From an uncultured virus (IMG/VR IMGVR_UViG_3300036766_001530) (taxonomy: Duplodnaviria > Heunggongvirae > Uroviricota > Caudoviricetes): a stretch of DNA of 56,938 nt. Each line of letters begins with the position of its first letter. Position 1 is the stretch's first letter. Under the pieces are notes generated by a model, which was not told the origin of the DNA, did not search any database, and saw only the letters and a program-made list of their open reading frames with translations. Both the position numbers and the translations under genes were made by a program. The DNA is taken from IMG/VR virus record IMGVR_UViG_3300036766_001530, one strand, 5' to 3'. Shown one piece after another: positions 33,936 to 44,845 of the stretch.

Positions 33936-35182
33936 AGATTCAACCCCAGACCCCTGCCAAGGGAGGGCGATACCTCGTCGGCTTCGGAGGGCCACAAGGA
34001 CCTGCGGCTCTCGGCTCGACAGACATGGAAGCGACCGCCATTGCCCGGGCCACCAACATTGCCAAGGCGATCGGCCCCATCGGCTTCGGCACCGTCATCG
34101 ACCGCTTCAAGGGCACCGCCTGGCAGTGGAAGATGGCGACCGACGGCACCATCGGCCGGCAGGGCATCAAACTGCCCGACGGTGTGACCGGCGTGCTCCT
34201 CGGCGCAAGCCTCGGAGGGGATCTATCCGAGAACGAAGCCCGCCGCCGGCTCATCGCCGCCATCATGAGGAAGCGCGGCGGCGAGGCCTCCGTCATGGGC
34301 ATCCCACTTTCGGTCGCGCTCGCGCCGCGCTACTGCGTGTGCCTCCACTTCCCGGGCGGCGCGGTCCCGGTGTGCTGCTCGCGCAAGAGCCTGCCCGCCG
34401 TGACGCTGGCGCGTCAGATCGCCCAGGGCGCAGCGGGCTCCAAGATGTTCACGCTCGTCGTCGATCGGCAAAGCCGCCAGGGCTGGATGTTCAAGCCGGA
34501 CGCCAAGGGCCACGTCATCGCCTCGGGAGCCGGCCTGCCATCCGTCTCAGGTTGGCACGGTGAGTCGCGAAGCGACGAACTCCGCTCCGGATCTGGACCA
34601 AGAGTCTCAGGCTGGCACGAAGGCCGAGCCCACGTCTCCGGCCCACTCGGCGAAGCCGCCGCCGCGGGCGCCGCCGGAGGTGCAGCAGCCGGCGCCGCCG
34701 CCGCCGCGATGACCGCACTCATCAATCTCATCAGCCGAGCCTTCGCCACGAAGAAGCCGTCCGACGCTCGCAAGGCCGCCACCTACGCCGAGAAGACCGG
34801 CAAGCCGAAGACCGCTGCGAGCCTGCACGAGACAGCAGAAAAATTCGAGACCAATCAGCCCACATCCAACGACTCCGAGTCCTCCGACTCCAGCTCGACC
34901 GGCTGGGACCCCACGACCACCAGGACGCACACCATCTCGCAAGCGAAGCTCGAAGCCTTCTTGCTCAAGCAGAAGAACAGCAACGGCTTCGGGATCATGA
35001 GCTACGGACCGATGGGTGAAGTGTTCGAGATCCGCTGGGAGCCCATGACGCCGGTTCCGGCCCTCCCCTCCGAGGTCGTCGACTCATCGAACCGCAGCTA
35101 CCCGATCATCATCCTGCCGACCTACCGGGCCGTGGCTTACTCGGCGCCGCGAACCCTCACCGACATCAAGATCGAAAGGTGA
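33932..35182 (+). CDS. Hypothetical virion protein with in-frame hairpin element
   Basis: 416-aa ORF; VSGWH-[element]-VSGWH; TGKPKTAASL motif. Confidence 0.75.
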   Translation: MKIQPQTPAKGGRYLVGFGGPQGPAALGSTDMEATAIARATNIAKAIGPIGFGTVIDRFKGTAWQWKMATDGTIGRQGIKLPDGVTGVLLGASLGGDLSENEARRRLIAAIMRKRGGEASVMGIPLSVALAPRYCVCLHFPGGAVPVCCSRKSLPAVTLARQIAQGAAGSKMFTLVVDRQSRQGWMFKPDAKGHVIASGAGLPSVSGWHGESRSDELRSGSGPRVSGWHEGRAHVSGPLGEAAAAGAAGGAAAGAAAAAMTALINLISRAFATKKPSDARKAATYAEKTGKPKTAASLHETAEKFETNQPTSNDSESSDSSSTGWDPTTTRTHTISQAKLEAFLLKQKNSNGFGIMSYGPMGEVFEIRWEPMTPVPALPSEVVDSSNRSYPIIILPTYRAVAYSAPRTLTDIKIER

Positions 35183-35189
35183 ACCAACC

Positions 35190-35681
35190 ATGAGCGCCGA
35201 AGACATCCAGCGCCGCATCCTCAACTTCAACCTGTTCGGAGGTCGAAACGTGAAGCGACCGGTGACTCTCCTCGACGTTCCGAGGTACCTCGAATGCCCT
35301 CCGCGTCTCGGATACTACCGGATCATCCCCGGTGGCGGCGGCGACGCAATCATCAACCCCTTCGCGGATCTCGATGGCAACGGCAAGGTACTCCCCGCCA
35401 TCATCCCGGCAGCCTCGGGATTCCTGCCAGCTCCGACCGTGCCGCCAACCACGCTCAAGGTCGACTGGACGCCGTTCCATGCTGGTGCCACACCAGCCTT
35501 CGCAACCGCCGCAGCCAACGCTGGCAAACTATGGGTGGAGCTGACCGGGGGTGGTGGCACGAACAACGCAGGAGGAACCCTGGTCACAAGTTCGTCCTTC
35601 CGGATCGTAAACGACAGCCCGGCTGTCGGTGACGCAATCGCCCTCATCATCTACGTCGGCTTCGTCCCACTGTTCCCGTAG
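35190..35681 (+). CDS. Putative structural protein
   Basis: 163-aa ORF in the operon, beta-rich. Confidence 0.7.
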   Translation: MSAEDIQRRILNFNLFGGRNVKRPVTLLDVPRYLECPPRLGYYRIIPGGGGDAIINPFADLDGNGKVLPAIIPAASGFLPAPTVPPTTLKVDWTPFHAGATPAFATAAANAGKLWVELTGGGGTNNAGGTLVTSSSFRIVNDSPAVGDAIALIIYVGFVPLFP

Positions 35682-35711
35682 GTCCCGCTCACCGAACAAG
35701 GAGAAAGTCCC

Positions 35712-36488
35712 ATGGCCGAAGTCCAGATCACAAGCGACACCCCAACCTTCTACATCGAGCCGGAAGGAGGATCGCAGAGCGCACTGCCGGACTCGTCACC
35801 GGTCTCCAGCCCTCCGGAGCCGTTCAACAAGCTCCGCACGTTCTTCTCGCAGATGCGTGAAGGCGAAGTCAGCCCGCTCAACATCCTTCTCACCGACTCT
35901 CCGGGTCAAGATCCGACAGTCATCGAGGACTCCGGCGATGGGGGAACCAGGATCAAGCAAGACCACCCCAACCCCTTCGTTGGCTCCAACTGCCTGCTAC
36001 TCGGAGGACCGCTGGCTCAACCAGATCAGGACTCCTTCACCCACAGCCACAAATTCAAGCTGGAGGGACCGGCTCCAGTGCCGGGCGAGTTCCTCAACTA
36101 CCGCTGGGGTCTCCAGGGGAACGGCGCCCCACAAGCGGTGGCCATCACGTACGACCCGGCCAACAACTTCTCGGTCGTGGTCGAAACTCCGGCCGGCGCC
36201 TTCGTCTTCCCCAACCTCGCTCCCTACGTCCAGGGCGACGAGCACGAGTGGAAAGTCCGGTGCAAGCCACTCTCCGGGAGCCAGCTCTGCCTGACGATCA
36301 CGGCCATCGTCAACGGTGTCATCGTCGCCTTCGGCAGCGTCGCCGTTCCGACGACACTCGTCCACAGGCTCAGCCCCATCTTCACGATGCAATCGAACTC
36401 GGGCGGTGGGCCTGTTCAGTTCGGCATCATCCTGCGTCAGTACGCCATCAACTACCGGCCGCTGGCTGTCCCCGAGATGACCTGCTGA
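35712..36488 (+). CDS. Putative virion beta-sandwich protein (paralog of 32462)
   Basis: RBS AAGGAG; shared N- and C-terminal motifs. Confidence 0.75.
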   Translation: MAEVQITSDTPTFYIEPEGGSQSALPDSSPVSSPPEPFNKLRTFFSQMREGEVSPLNILLTDSPGQDPTVIEDSGDGGTRIKQDHPNPFVGSNCLLLGGPLAQPDQDSFTHSHKFKLEGPAPVPGEFLNYRWGLQGNGAPQAVAITYDPANNFSVVVETPAGAFVFPNLAPYVQGDEHEWKVRCKPLSGSQLCLTITAIVNGVIVAFGSVAVPTTLVHRLSPIFTMQSNSGGGPVQFGIILRQYAINYRPLAVPEMTC

Positions 36489-36507
36489 ACGACCAAGGAG
36501 AATCGAC

Positions 36508-36729
36508 ATGAAAGCCATCGAAATGATCGCCACGGGCCCGCACAAGCACGACACCTCTTGCATCGGAGCAACCGGAGGGGGAGCGATTTTCTGCACCACC
36601 CTCCTCCGGCCGATCGACAACGTCGCCGAGCTGTCCCCGGTCGCGATGATGACGGCCGCCTCTCTGCTCCAAAGCGATCCGGCGTCGCGCAACGCCGACC
36701 TCATCAGACGCCTGAAGAAGACGGCCTGA
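36508..36729 (+). CDS. Small hypothetical protein
   Basis: RBS AAGGAG; HKHDTSCIGATG...FCTTLL resembles 33232 HTHDGKCLVISATG. Confidence 0.65.
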   Translation: MKAIEMIATGPHKHDTSCIGATGGGAIFCTTLLRPIDNVAELSPVAMMTAASLLQSDPASRNADLIRRLKKTA

Positions 36730-36829
36730 CCGGCACGAGCCACTGCGACCCCCACGCAGTTTCGCACACCCCCGACATCTAATGTAACCGAACCAACCCA
36801 TCCCCTAACGACCCCGAGGAGAGATCGCC

Positions 36830-37795
36830 GTGCAGAGCGAAAAATTGTGGCAAGCCTTCACGGCCAGTGACCACCCCAAGAACGATCTCATCCTGCTCGG
36901 CAAGAGCCTGTTCTTCGGCAAGCCGTTTCCCAAGCTCGACAACCGGGCGAAGAAGATCGTCTCAGACGTCGCCGCATCCTCCGGCGCACAGGCCGAGCCT
37001 CTCTACGAGGCCATGAACCAGGTCCCACTCGGCGGCATGTCGGCAGCGCGCAAGCTGCTCGGCGACTTCGGCCAGGACGTCCTCCACAAGAAGAGCTGGG
37101 CCGAGGCGAAGGTCACCACTCAGGATCTCATGGTCAAGACAGTCGCCGCCCTGGCCAGTCCCAAGGCGACACCTGCCGCTGGCTCCCAGCCCAAGGCAAA
37201 GGCCGTCGCAGCAACAGCAGTTTCACACGCCGCCTCGCAAACCCACGCTCGCGCGACCGAGCACCCGGGCGACGCTCCCGCGTTCCACCTGGCCGAGCAG
37301 GGCGCTCCCATCGACCTCTACCGGCTCCCGTTCGGCAAGCTCTACCGCGAGGCAGTCATGATGCAAGGAGACGACAGCGAACTCGTCTCGGAAGCGAAGC
37401 GTGCCGAAGCCAAGATCCGAAAGCTCAGCGACACCACCACCAAGCTCGCGAGCGCAACGGCGGATCTCAGCTCCGAGAACGCCTCCCTCCGAGCCCAGAA
37501 CGACCGCCAGGCCCAGATCGTGATCGCCGACGCCGCCCTCGCCGTCAAGCAGGGCAAGGCCACGCGAGCCCAGGTCGAACAGGCCCGCGACCTCGCCACG
37601 GCTCGCAGCATGACCAAGACCGCCATCGAGCTGGACCGCATCGCCCGCTCGATGCCAGCGGACAAGGCCCGGCCAGAGCCCAAGAAGGGCATGCCAACCG
37701 CCGGCAAGATCGTGCTCGGCGCCGCCGCGGTCGCCGCCGCGGTCGGGATCGCGCACATCCACGGTCAACACACCACCGACAAGAAGAAGACCTGA
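36830..37795 (+). CDS. Helical protein with C-terminal membrane anchor
   Basis: RBS GAGGAG + GTG; coiled coil; KIVLGAAAVAAAVGIA. Confidence 0.75.
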   Translation: MQSEKLWQAFTASDHPKNDLILLGKSLFFGKPFPKLDNRAKKIVSDVAASSGAQAEPLYEAMNQVPLGGMSAARKLLGDFGQDVLHKKSWAEAKVTTQDLMVKTVAALASPKATPAAGSQPKAKAVAATAVSHAASQTHARATEHPGDAPAFHLAEQGAPIDLYRLPFGKLYREAVMMQGDDSELVSEAKRAEAKIRKLSDTTTKLASATADLSSENASLRAQNDRQAQIVIADAALAVKQGKATRAQVEQARDLATARSMTKTAIELDRIARSMPADKARPEPKKGMPTAGKIVLGAAAVAAAVGIAHIHGQHTTDKKKT

Positions 37796-37865
37796 GGGTA
37801 GCAAGCGAACCAAATTTACAAGCAATTTCGTCCCGGCCGGGATACCATCCGGCGCAAGGAGCCCC

Positions 37866-38078
37866 ATGGCAAAAGAACCCACCTCGATCACTCTGCGGCC
37901 GACCACCTTCGCAGCTCGCGATCCTCGCGACGGCAAGCTCGTGGTCTTCACCGAGCCCCGGATCAGGTGGGTCGGCAAGGACGCCGACGACTACCTCGCA
38001 GCCATGTCCGACTGGCACAAGGAACAGCACAAGAAGGATCTCGAAGGCGTCTCCGGTCTCGTGAGCGACCGGATCTGA
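37866..38078 (+). CDS. Small hypothetical protein
   Basis: RBS AAGGAG. Confidence 0.65.
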   Translation: MAKEPTSITLRPTTFAARDPRDGKLVVFTEPRIRWVGKDADDYLAAMSDWHKEQHKKDLEGVSGLVSDRI

Positions 38079-38130
38079 ACCCCAGTTCGCTCACTCACAA
38101 CCGAACAAACCATCGAGGAGAAACGAGCAC

Positions 38131-38553
38131 ATGAAGATCGTTAAAGATTCACTCGGACGATCTGAAATCGTCGGCGACGGCGAACTCGTCGAGGGATGGA
38201 ATCCGATTCCCCGCAACCTGAATCCACTCGCCTACTTCAAGAAGAAGCCATCCATCAACGAACGGGCTACCGCCCTCGTCAAGAAGCTCTACGACAAATA
38301 CGCCCCCGGCTACAAGATACAGAGACAGGGGGTTTCGTTCGAGATCGAAATGCGCGACGGTACCGTGCGACTCATCTCGGCCATGTTCAATCCGTTCACC
38401 AAGACTCTCAACCTGATTTCGCGGCCTGGCGAAGGATTCAGTGGTGAAACCTTCTCGACCAACTTCGGTACGAGAGAGTTGAGTTTCAAGATGCCGAGCG
38501 ATCCTTTCACCGAAAGCAACGCCAAGAAGCTCGTCGGCCAGAAGAACGGGTAG
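38131..38553 (+). CDS. Hypothetical protein with EIVG/VEG-WNP processing-like N-terminus
   Basis: RBS GAGGAG; SEIVGDGELVEGWNP echoes the capsid-candidate propeptide. Confidence 0.7.
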   Translation: MKIVKDSLGRSEIVGDGELVEGWNPIPRNLNPLAYFKKKPSINERATALVKKLYDKYAPGYKIQRQGVSFEIEMRDGTVRLISAMFNPFTKTLNLISRPGEGFSGETFSTNFGTRELSFKMPSDPFTESNAKKLVGQKNG

Positions 38554-38563
38554 CTCACTTTCC

Positions 38564-39295
38564 ATGGCCCCACACACGCACAACCTCGAATGCCTCGAAG
38601 AACGGGGCGGACGCATCGTCTGCTCCATCACGGGGCTCGGCGCTCGCAAGCCGGCGCCGAAGAAGGTCCGCGTGCGCTGGGGCCGGGGCGTCTACGATCT
38701 CACGGCCGCCGACGTCGAGGAGTGGCGCAAGTGGAACTTCGTCGAGGCGCCCCTCGGCAGTCGCGTCGGCAAGCGCGTCTACGAAGAGCACCAGGGCGAC
38801 TGGTACAAGTCGCCCTGGAACCCGTCGGGCCCCTACCAGCAGTACCTCTCCGACGACGAAAAGACGAAGCTCATCTACTCGGTCGACGAATACTCGAAGC
38901 TCGACCGTCGCGAGATCGAGTACGAGCTGAAGCGTGGCCACGCCGGAGGTCCTCCCAAGAACGACATGAGCCACTGGAAGGCGCTCATGGCCGCCAGCAA
39001 GGCAATCGGATGGCCGTCCGCCTACGTGCGCGATCTCACCTTCCACGACAAGCACTTCCTCGCCAAGCGAGCCACCTGGCTCCCCTTCGGCTGGATGCTG
39101 CGCGAGAGCGGCACCCAGCTCATCACCCCCGAGCGCGGCAACCCGGCCGAGTCGATCGCCATGTACCTCAACTCCTTTGGACCCAACGCCCGCTGGTACC
39201 ACTGGGACGGCCGATCGCTCACCGAGATGACGAACCGCCAGCTCGGTCAGCAGCTCGACATGGACCGCGACCGAGTCCTCGGCAGGACCGCCTGA
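38564..39295 (+). CDS. HxH-C-C tag family protein
   Basis: MAPHTHNLECLEERGGRIVCSITG. Confidence 0.8.
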   Translation: MAPHTHNLECLEERGGRIVCSITGLGARKPAPKKVRVRWGRGVYDLTAADVEEWRKWNFVEAPLGSRVGKRVYEEHQGDWYKSPWNPSGPYQQYLSDDEKTKLIYSVDEYSKLDRREIEYELKRGHAGGPPKNDMSHWKALMAASKAIGWPSAYVRDLTFHDKHFLAKRATWLPFGWMLRESGTQLITPERGNPAESIAMYLNSFGPNARWYHWDGRSLTEMTNRQLGQQLDMDRDRVLGRTA

Positions 39296-39651
39296 TGGCT
39301 CGCCACGTCCACAGCCTCTCCTGCCTCGACCACTGTCCGAGCCCGGGCAAGAAGAAGTCGAAGGCAGAGCGAGCCATGGATTCGATCCGTGCGACCGAGG
39401 CCGAGACCAAGCGACACCGCCTCGCGGCAGCCGCGACCGGCGGGCCCCCGGCCTGCCCCGAGTGCGGCCAGAACGCGGGCGTCGTCGGCGGACGCTTCCT
39501 CGAACACACCGCCTACCGCCCGGTCACGCCTCGCGAAACCCGTTCCTTCCTCTGCTCCGGCGGTGGGCGGCTCATTCCAAGAGACCAGCAGCATCCCGAG
39601 AGTGAGCCGCGAAGCGGCGAACTCCGTTCCGGTCCGGAGGGCAAGTCATGA
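39295..39651 (+). CDS. HxH-C-C tag family protein with Zn-ribbon
   Basis: MARHVHSLSCLDHCPSPG; CPECG...H...C. Confidence 0.75.
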   Translation: MARHVHSLSCLDHCPSPGKKKSKAERAMDSIRATEAETKRHRLAAAATGGPPACPECGQNAGVVGGRFLEHTAYRPVTPRETRSFLCSGGGRLIPRDQQHPESEPRSGELRSGPEGKS

Positions 39652-40178
39652 GCAGCTTCGAGGAAAGCTTCCACAAGGCACTCGCCGAGGCGAACCGGGA
39701 AAAGGATCTGTCGAAGGGCACCCGACACTCGATCACCACGCAGGCCGAGGGTGACGCTCGCACGGCCTTCGAGGGAGCGGCTCACGTGCATCCGCTGCCG
39801 CGCGGGACCTCGGTCGCCGCCCTCAAGCGACACGCCGGAGTGCAGTGGCACCGCTACCATCGCGACGCGATCTTGCCGACGCCCGAGATGATGTTCGACT
39901 GCGCCACGTCGGCTGCTCGGCTCTACATCAAGACCTTCGTCGCAGCGTTCCAGGCCGAGGTCCGCCGCGTACCGCCCACCGCCAAGGGCAAGCCCGACGC
40001 GATCTACGCCTCGACCTACTGCAACTTCGGCCACCGGATGTCGACCGGCCATCCGGTCGGTCACGAGTGCCGGATCATCCCGCCGGCCGCGCTCCGCGCC
40101 GAGCGCGAAGGGAACACTGAGGAAGCGATCCGCATCATGCAGGCCACCCCAGCCAGAACCATGCGGGGACGCAGATGA
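39648..40178 (+). CDS. MSKFE tag family protein
   Basis: MSSFEESFHKALAEA. Confidence 0.8.
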   Translation: MSSFEESFHKALAEANREKDLSKGTRHSITTQAEGDARTAFEGAAHVHPLPRGTSVAALKRHAGVQWHRYHRDAILPTPEMMFDCATSAARLYIKTFVAAFQAEVRRVPPTAKGKPDAIYASTYCNFGHRMSTGHPVGHECRIIPPAALRAEREGNTEEAIRIMQATPARTMRGRR

Positions 40179-40536
40179 GCAAGTTCGAGGACAGCTTCCA
40201 GAAAGCCCTGGCTGCTGCGGCGCCAACCGCGAAGCGCTCGCACAAGAAGAAGGGAACCGTCGTCAGCCTCGCGATCCGAACCCCATCGGGGGTCGTCGTC
40301 GAATCCGATCGTCCTGGAGCGCGCCCCGGCGGAACACCGCTTCACGATCCGAGAGAACTACGGGAGAGGATGACCCTCGACTGGGGACCTCTCGGCGAAC
40401 TCAAGCTCCGTCCCATGGTCCATGGACGAGCGAACGCTCGCGTCTGGCTCGACGAGAAGAACATCGTGACGATCCAGTGGCCGACTGGCGATGGTTTCTG
40501 GGACACCGTCGCCAGATACCGAGTCAAGGAAACGCC

Positions 40537-40540
<4 letters not shown>
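40175..40540 (+). CDS. MSKFE tag family protein
   Basis: MSKFEDSFQKALAAA. Confidence 0.8.
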
Positions 40541-41393
<853 letters not shown>

Positions 41394-41394
<1 letters not shown>

Positions 41395-41684
41395 TGAGCA
41401 AGTTCGAGGACAGCTTTCAGAAGGCGATGGCCGCCGCCGATCCGAAACGGTCGCAGGCACTCGTCACCAGCCGAACCGGCTCGTTCGGCCACGAACGCCT
41501 GGTCGTGAAGCGCGTCCCCGCGTCCCCGACCGGCGAGTCAGGCGCGCACTGGTGGCTCAACCGCCAAACCGACAACCGCTGGAGCATCTACGAGGGCGAC
41601 CTTGGGCCCGGGACCTACGCCTTCGTCGGCGGCAAGTGGGTCAACGTCAAGAAGATCGATCCGTCGGTTCTGCCGCACGTCTAG
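41394..41684 (+). CDS. MSKFE tag family protein
   Basis: MSKFEDSFQKAMAAA. Confidence 0.8.
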
Positions 41685-41696
41685 CGAAGGACGACC

Positions 41697-42653
41697 ATGA
41701 GCAAGTTCGAGGAAAGCTTCCAAAGGGCGCTGCGCGCCGCCGCTCCAGGCGCGACCCATCAGGGAAAGCCGGCGTGGTGGACTGAACAACACGACCAGGC
41801 CTACTCCGCCTTGCAGGCGGCTGGTGAGCGCATCGGAGCGGCCGAGTACGCGGCCGGCCGGTACAAGGCCCGTCGTGGGCGAACGGGAAAGGTCACCCAG
41901 GGCTACACCATCAGCTCCGAGCACAAGCAGGTCGTCGACGCCCTCAACGATCTCGGACGGAACCGCATCAGCCCCGAGCAGGCCATGGCGATCTTGCACG
42001 AGTACGACGTCCTCAAGGCCAGAACCTCCGTGCCGAGGCAAGATCCGGACTGGGGCAAGGCGCACGGCTTCCCCGGCCCAGACTTCCGCACATCACCACG
42101 AGGTCTCGAAATCTCGCGCGCTCGCCCGGGCGAATGCACACGCCCCGAATGCTCGCTCCCGAGGGGCCACAAGAGCAACCACGACACCTTGGCCACCCAC
42201 ACCTTCCACGGCTTCCGCGTCGGCGACCACGTCGCCGTCACCGCCGGCCGCGAGAAGGGTCTGCGCGGCTACGTCCGCGGCCTGCGCTCTGGGCCTGGCC
42301 GGGACAAGGTCTCGGTCGCCCTCGACCACCCCGTACAGGCGATGCTCGGGCCGGCCATCCTCGACCCGGCTCATCTGCGCCACAACCCAGGGACCGCTCC
42401 GCGGTTCTCCGTCCTCTACTACCGATCGTCCGGGACCATCGACTCTCTCCAGGGACCAACAGATCGCTTCGCCACCGCCAACGACGCGGCGAAGGACATC
42501 CGCCACAACTTCGACAGCCGCTTCTACGACGAGGCCCACATCACCGAGGTCGCGAGCGGCCGGCCCATCGCAACCATCCACCGAATCGACAGGGCCCGGA
42601 GCCGCTGGTTCGTCGGCCGCCGGCCCGCGACTCTGGCCAGATACTTCGACTGA
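41697..42653 (+). CDS. MSKFE tag family protein with KOW/SH3-like module
   Basis: MSKFEESFQRALRAAA; FRVGDHVAVTAGREKGLRGYV. Confidence 0.8.
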   Translation: MSKFEESFQRALRAAAPGATHQGKPAWWTEQHDQAYSALQAAGERIGAAEYAAGRYKARRGRTGKVTQGYTISSEHKQVVDALNDLGRNRISPEQAMAILHEYDVLKARTSVPRQDPDWGKAHGFPGPDFRTSPRGLEISRARPGECTRPECSLPRGHKSNHDTLATHTFHGFRVGDHVAVTAGREKGLRGYVRGLRSGPGRDKVSVALDHPVQAMLGPAILDPAHLRHNPGTAPRFSVLYYRSSGTIDSLQGPTDRFATANDAAKDIRHNFDSRFYDEAHITEVASGRPIATIHRIDRARSRWFVGRRPATLARYFD

Positions 42654-42673
42654 TTTGGAGCAGAATCTCCACC

Positions 42674-43300
42674 ATGAGCAAATTCGAGGAAAGCTTCCAG
42701 AAGGCGATGACCGCCGCTCGCAAGACGGAGGAGCTGCTGAGGTCTTCCGAGCCGATCTTCGCCAAGAGCTACGCCAGATCCAAGAGGCTCGAACACGAGT
42801 CGGAGAAGCAGGGCAAGACGTTCGGCTCGCCGTATCGCCTGTCGGTCTACGCAGATAGCGTCTGGCGCGGCGTCGAGCCGACCGGCGATACCGGACACTT
42901 CGGCTTCTACGACACCGAGGATGCCGCCGAGCGAGCCGCCAACCTCTACAAGCAAAAGCACGCCACGCCCCCCATGATGTCGTTGAGCAAGCGCGTCTCC
43001 GCCAAACGCGATCTGCCGGTGTGGGACGAGTTTAACGGACTCCGCCGCGTGGGAGCCGAAGTGGCAGCGCGGATCGGAAAGCCGCAGCGGCCCAAGTCGG
43101 TGCCCTTTCCGCCCGGAACCGAGACCCTCACCATCCAGCGCGAGCCACTCGACCAACAAGGATACGCGCGAGGCGGCCGGTACTTCGGCACTGGAGAGAA
43201 GCTGTGGTCCGTCGATGATGGCGAGCACTCCTGGCACGTGCGGGCGCCATCGAGAGCCGATGCCCGCAGAGTCGCGCTAGATCCGAAATGGGGACGGTAA
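42674..43300 (+). CDS. MSKFE tag family protein
   Basis: MSKFEESFQKAMTAA. Confidence 0.8.
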   Translation: MSKFEESFQKAMTAARKTEELLRSSEPIFAKSYARSKRLEHESEKQGKTFGSPYRLSVYADSVWRGVEPTGDTGHFGFYDTEDAAERAANLYKQKHATPPMMSLSKRVSAKRDLPVWDEFNGLRRVGAEVAARIGKPQRPKSVPFPPGTETLTIQREPLDQQGYARGGRYFGTGEKLWSVDDGEHSWHVRAPSRADARRVALDPKWGR

Positions 43301-43304
43301 CGGC

Positions 43305-43775
43305 ATGAGTCACGAACACTCCATCACCTGTCTCGAAGAGCGCAGCGGGCGACTCGTCTGCTCCGTCACTGGCCTCGGCATGAGCACAAGACCTCCCGAA
43401 GCTGGCGCTTCCGCTCCGGCAGCCACGAAGAAACCTCGCGCCCAGAAGAAGGGCATCGGCGAGGGCACGGTCGAGAAGTTCCTGCTCGTGCTCAGCTCGA
43501 AGCTGACCCAGCACGACCAGCGCGAAGAAAAACGCGACATGAAGCGTGGTGGGCGAGTCAACATCTACCGTCTCGGCCACCTGCTCGGCGCTCTCGAACG
43601 GACGCGCGAGCGCGTGAAGGAAGTCGAGAGCCGCTCCGACGACTACTCCCTCGATCTGCTCAGGAAGGCCATGAACCGGGAGTTCACGCCCGGCTTCTCG
43701 CCGGTCATGAACGTCGAGCGGCAGATTGCAAACTGGATCGCAACAAAGAAGGAACCGACCCTCATCGGGGGCTGA
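43305..43775 (+). CDS. HxH-C-C tag family protein
   Basis: MSHEHSITCLEERSGRLVCSVTG. Confidence 0.8.
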   Translation: MSHEHSITCLEERSGRLVCSVTGLGMSTRPPEAGASAPAATKKPRAQKKGIGEGTVEKFLLVLSSKLTQHDQREEKRDMKRGGRVNIYRLGHLLGALERTRERVKEVESRSDDYSLDLLRKAMNREFTPGFSPVMNVERQIANWIATKKEPTLIGG

Positions 43776-43780
43776 CAACC

Positions 43781-44209
43781 ATGGCCAAACATCGACACTC
43801 ACTCTCGTGCCTCGAAGAAGTCGGCTCGCACGGCGTCCTCACGTGCAAGTTCGGCAAGGACGTCGGCCCCGAGACCTTCCGCGGCTACGTCCACCACAAG
43901 ACGCAGATCGCGATCTCCGAGCGCCGCGCCAGAGCCACAGCCAAGGCCAAGGCCGAACCCAAGATCGCCAGAGCCCTCGCCAAGGCCAGAGCCGACAACC
44001 CACCCTGGCTCAAGCCCGGCGAGAAGATCCTCGGCGAAGTGACGGTCGGGGGCTCCCAGCACCGCCGCGCCGTGCCTCGCATCGTCGGCAGCGAAGCCGA
44101 CATCCGGGCCCACTGTCTGAAGATGGGCATCTGCACGAGATGCCGCATTCGCCAGGCCGTCTCACCGAGCGAATGCTGCTCCGAGTGTCAGCGAAACTGG
44201 GCTATGTAA
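43781..44209 (+). CDS. HxH-C-C tag family protein with C-terminal C4 finger
   Basis: MAKHRHSLSCLEE...LTCKFG; CTRC...CSEC. Confidence 0.8.
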   Translation: MAKHRHSLSCLEEVGSHGVLTCKFGKDVGPETFRGYVHHKTQIAISERRARATAKAKAEPKIARALAKARADNPPWLKPGEKILGEVTVGGSQHRRAVPRIVGSEADIRAHCLKMGICTRCRIRQAVSPSECCSECQRNWAM

Positions 44210-44224
44210 GGAGCTGCCAACAAC

Positions 44225-44830
44225 ATGCCACACAACCACGACATCCACTGCATCGAAGAGCGCGACGGCCAGCTCTACTGCAAGCTCGGCGACCCATCGA
44301 CGGCTCCAAGCTTCGGCCCGAAGGGTAGCTACCCGGACAAGACCACGCGGGTTCTCATGGCCGTCCAGCGCAGCGCCGAATCCGCTCGATCGGCGAACCG
44401 TGCCCTCCTCGTCGTCGCCCCACGTGGAGCCGGCGCCGTCATGGGCCTGCGCCGCTTCGCCGAGAAGTTCTATCCGAGGCGTTCCGAAGACGAGGCCCTC
44501 CGGCTCGCCAAGAAGCTCGGCGTCGACGAGGAGAAGCTCGTCCCCGGCTACGTCGGGATGCTGAGGAACAACGTCCGCTGGCCCCACCACACCGTCTCAT
44601 CGGCCGGGCTCACCGGCTCCAAGAAGCACCCGGGCGAGATGCACCTGGCCCGACACGGCATGCTCGTCCTCGACGAGGTCGACGAGTTCTCGCACCGGGC
44701 TCTCGACGCGCTCCACGAGGCGATCGCGAAGGACGGTCACCCCATCTTCATCGCCGGCATCAGCTACCAGCCGAGCACGAGCATGCGGCGCTTCGAGACC
44801 CTCTTCAACCCGACCGTCGTCCGCATCTGA
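44225..44830 (+). CDS. HxH-C-C tag fused to a degenerate Mg-chelatase/ComM-like AAA+ fragment
   Basis: MPHNHDIHCIEE; RWPHHTVSSAGLTG...PGEMHLARHGMLVLDEVDEF; Walker A decayed (APRGAGAV). Confidence 0.8.
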   Translation: MPHNHDIHCIEERDGQLYCKLGDPSTAPSFGPKGSYPDKTTRVLMAVQRSAESARSANRALLVVAPRGAGAVMGLRRFAEKFYPRRSEDEALRLAKKLGVDEEKLVPGYVGMLRNNVRWPHHTVSSAGLTGSKKHPGEMHLARHGMLVLDEVDEFSHRALDALHEAIAKDGHPIFIAGISYQPSTSMRRFETLFNPTVVRI

Positions 44831-44845
44831 AGGAGACGCGACAAC

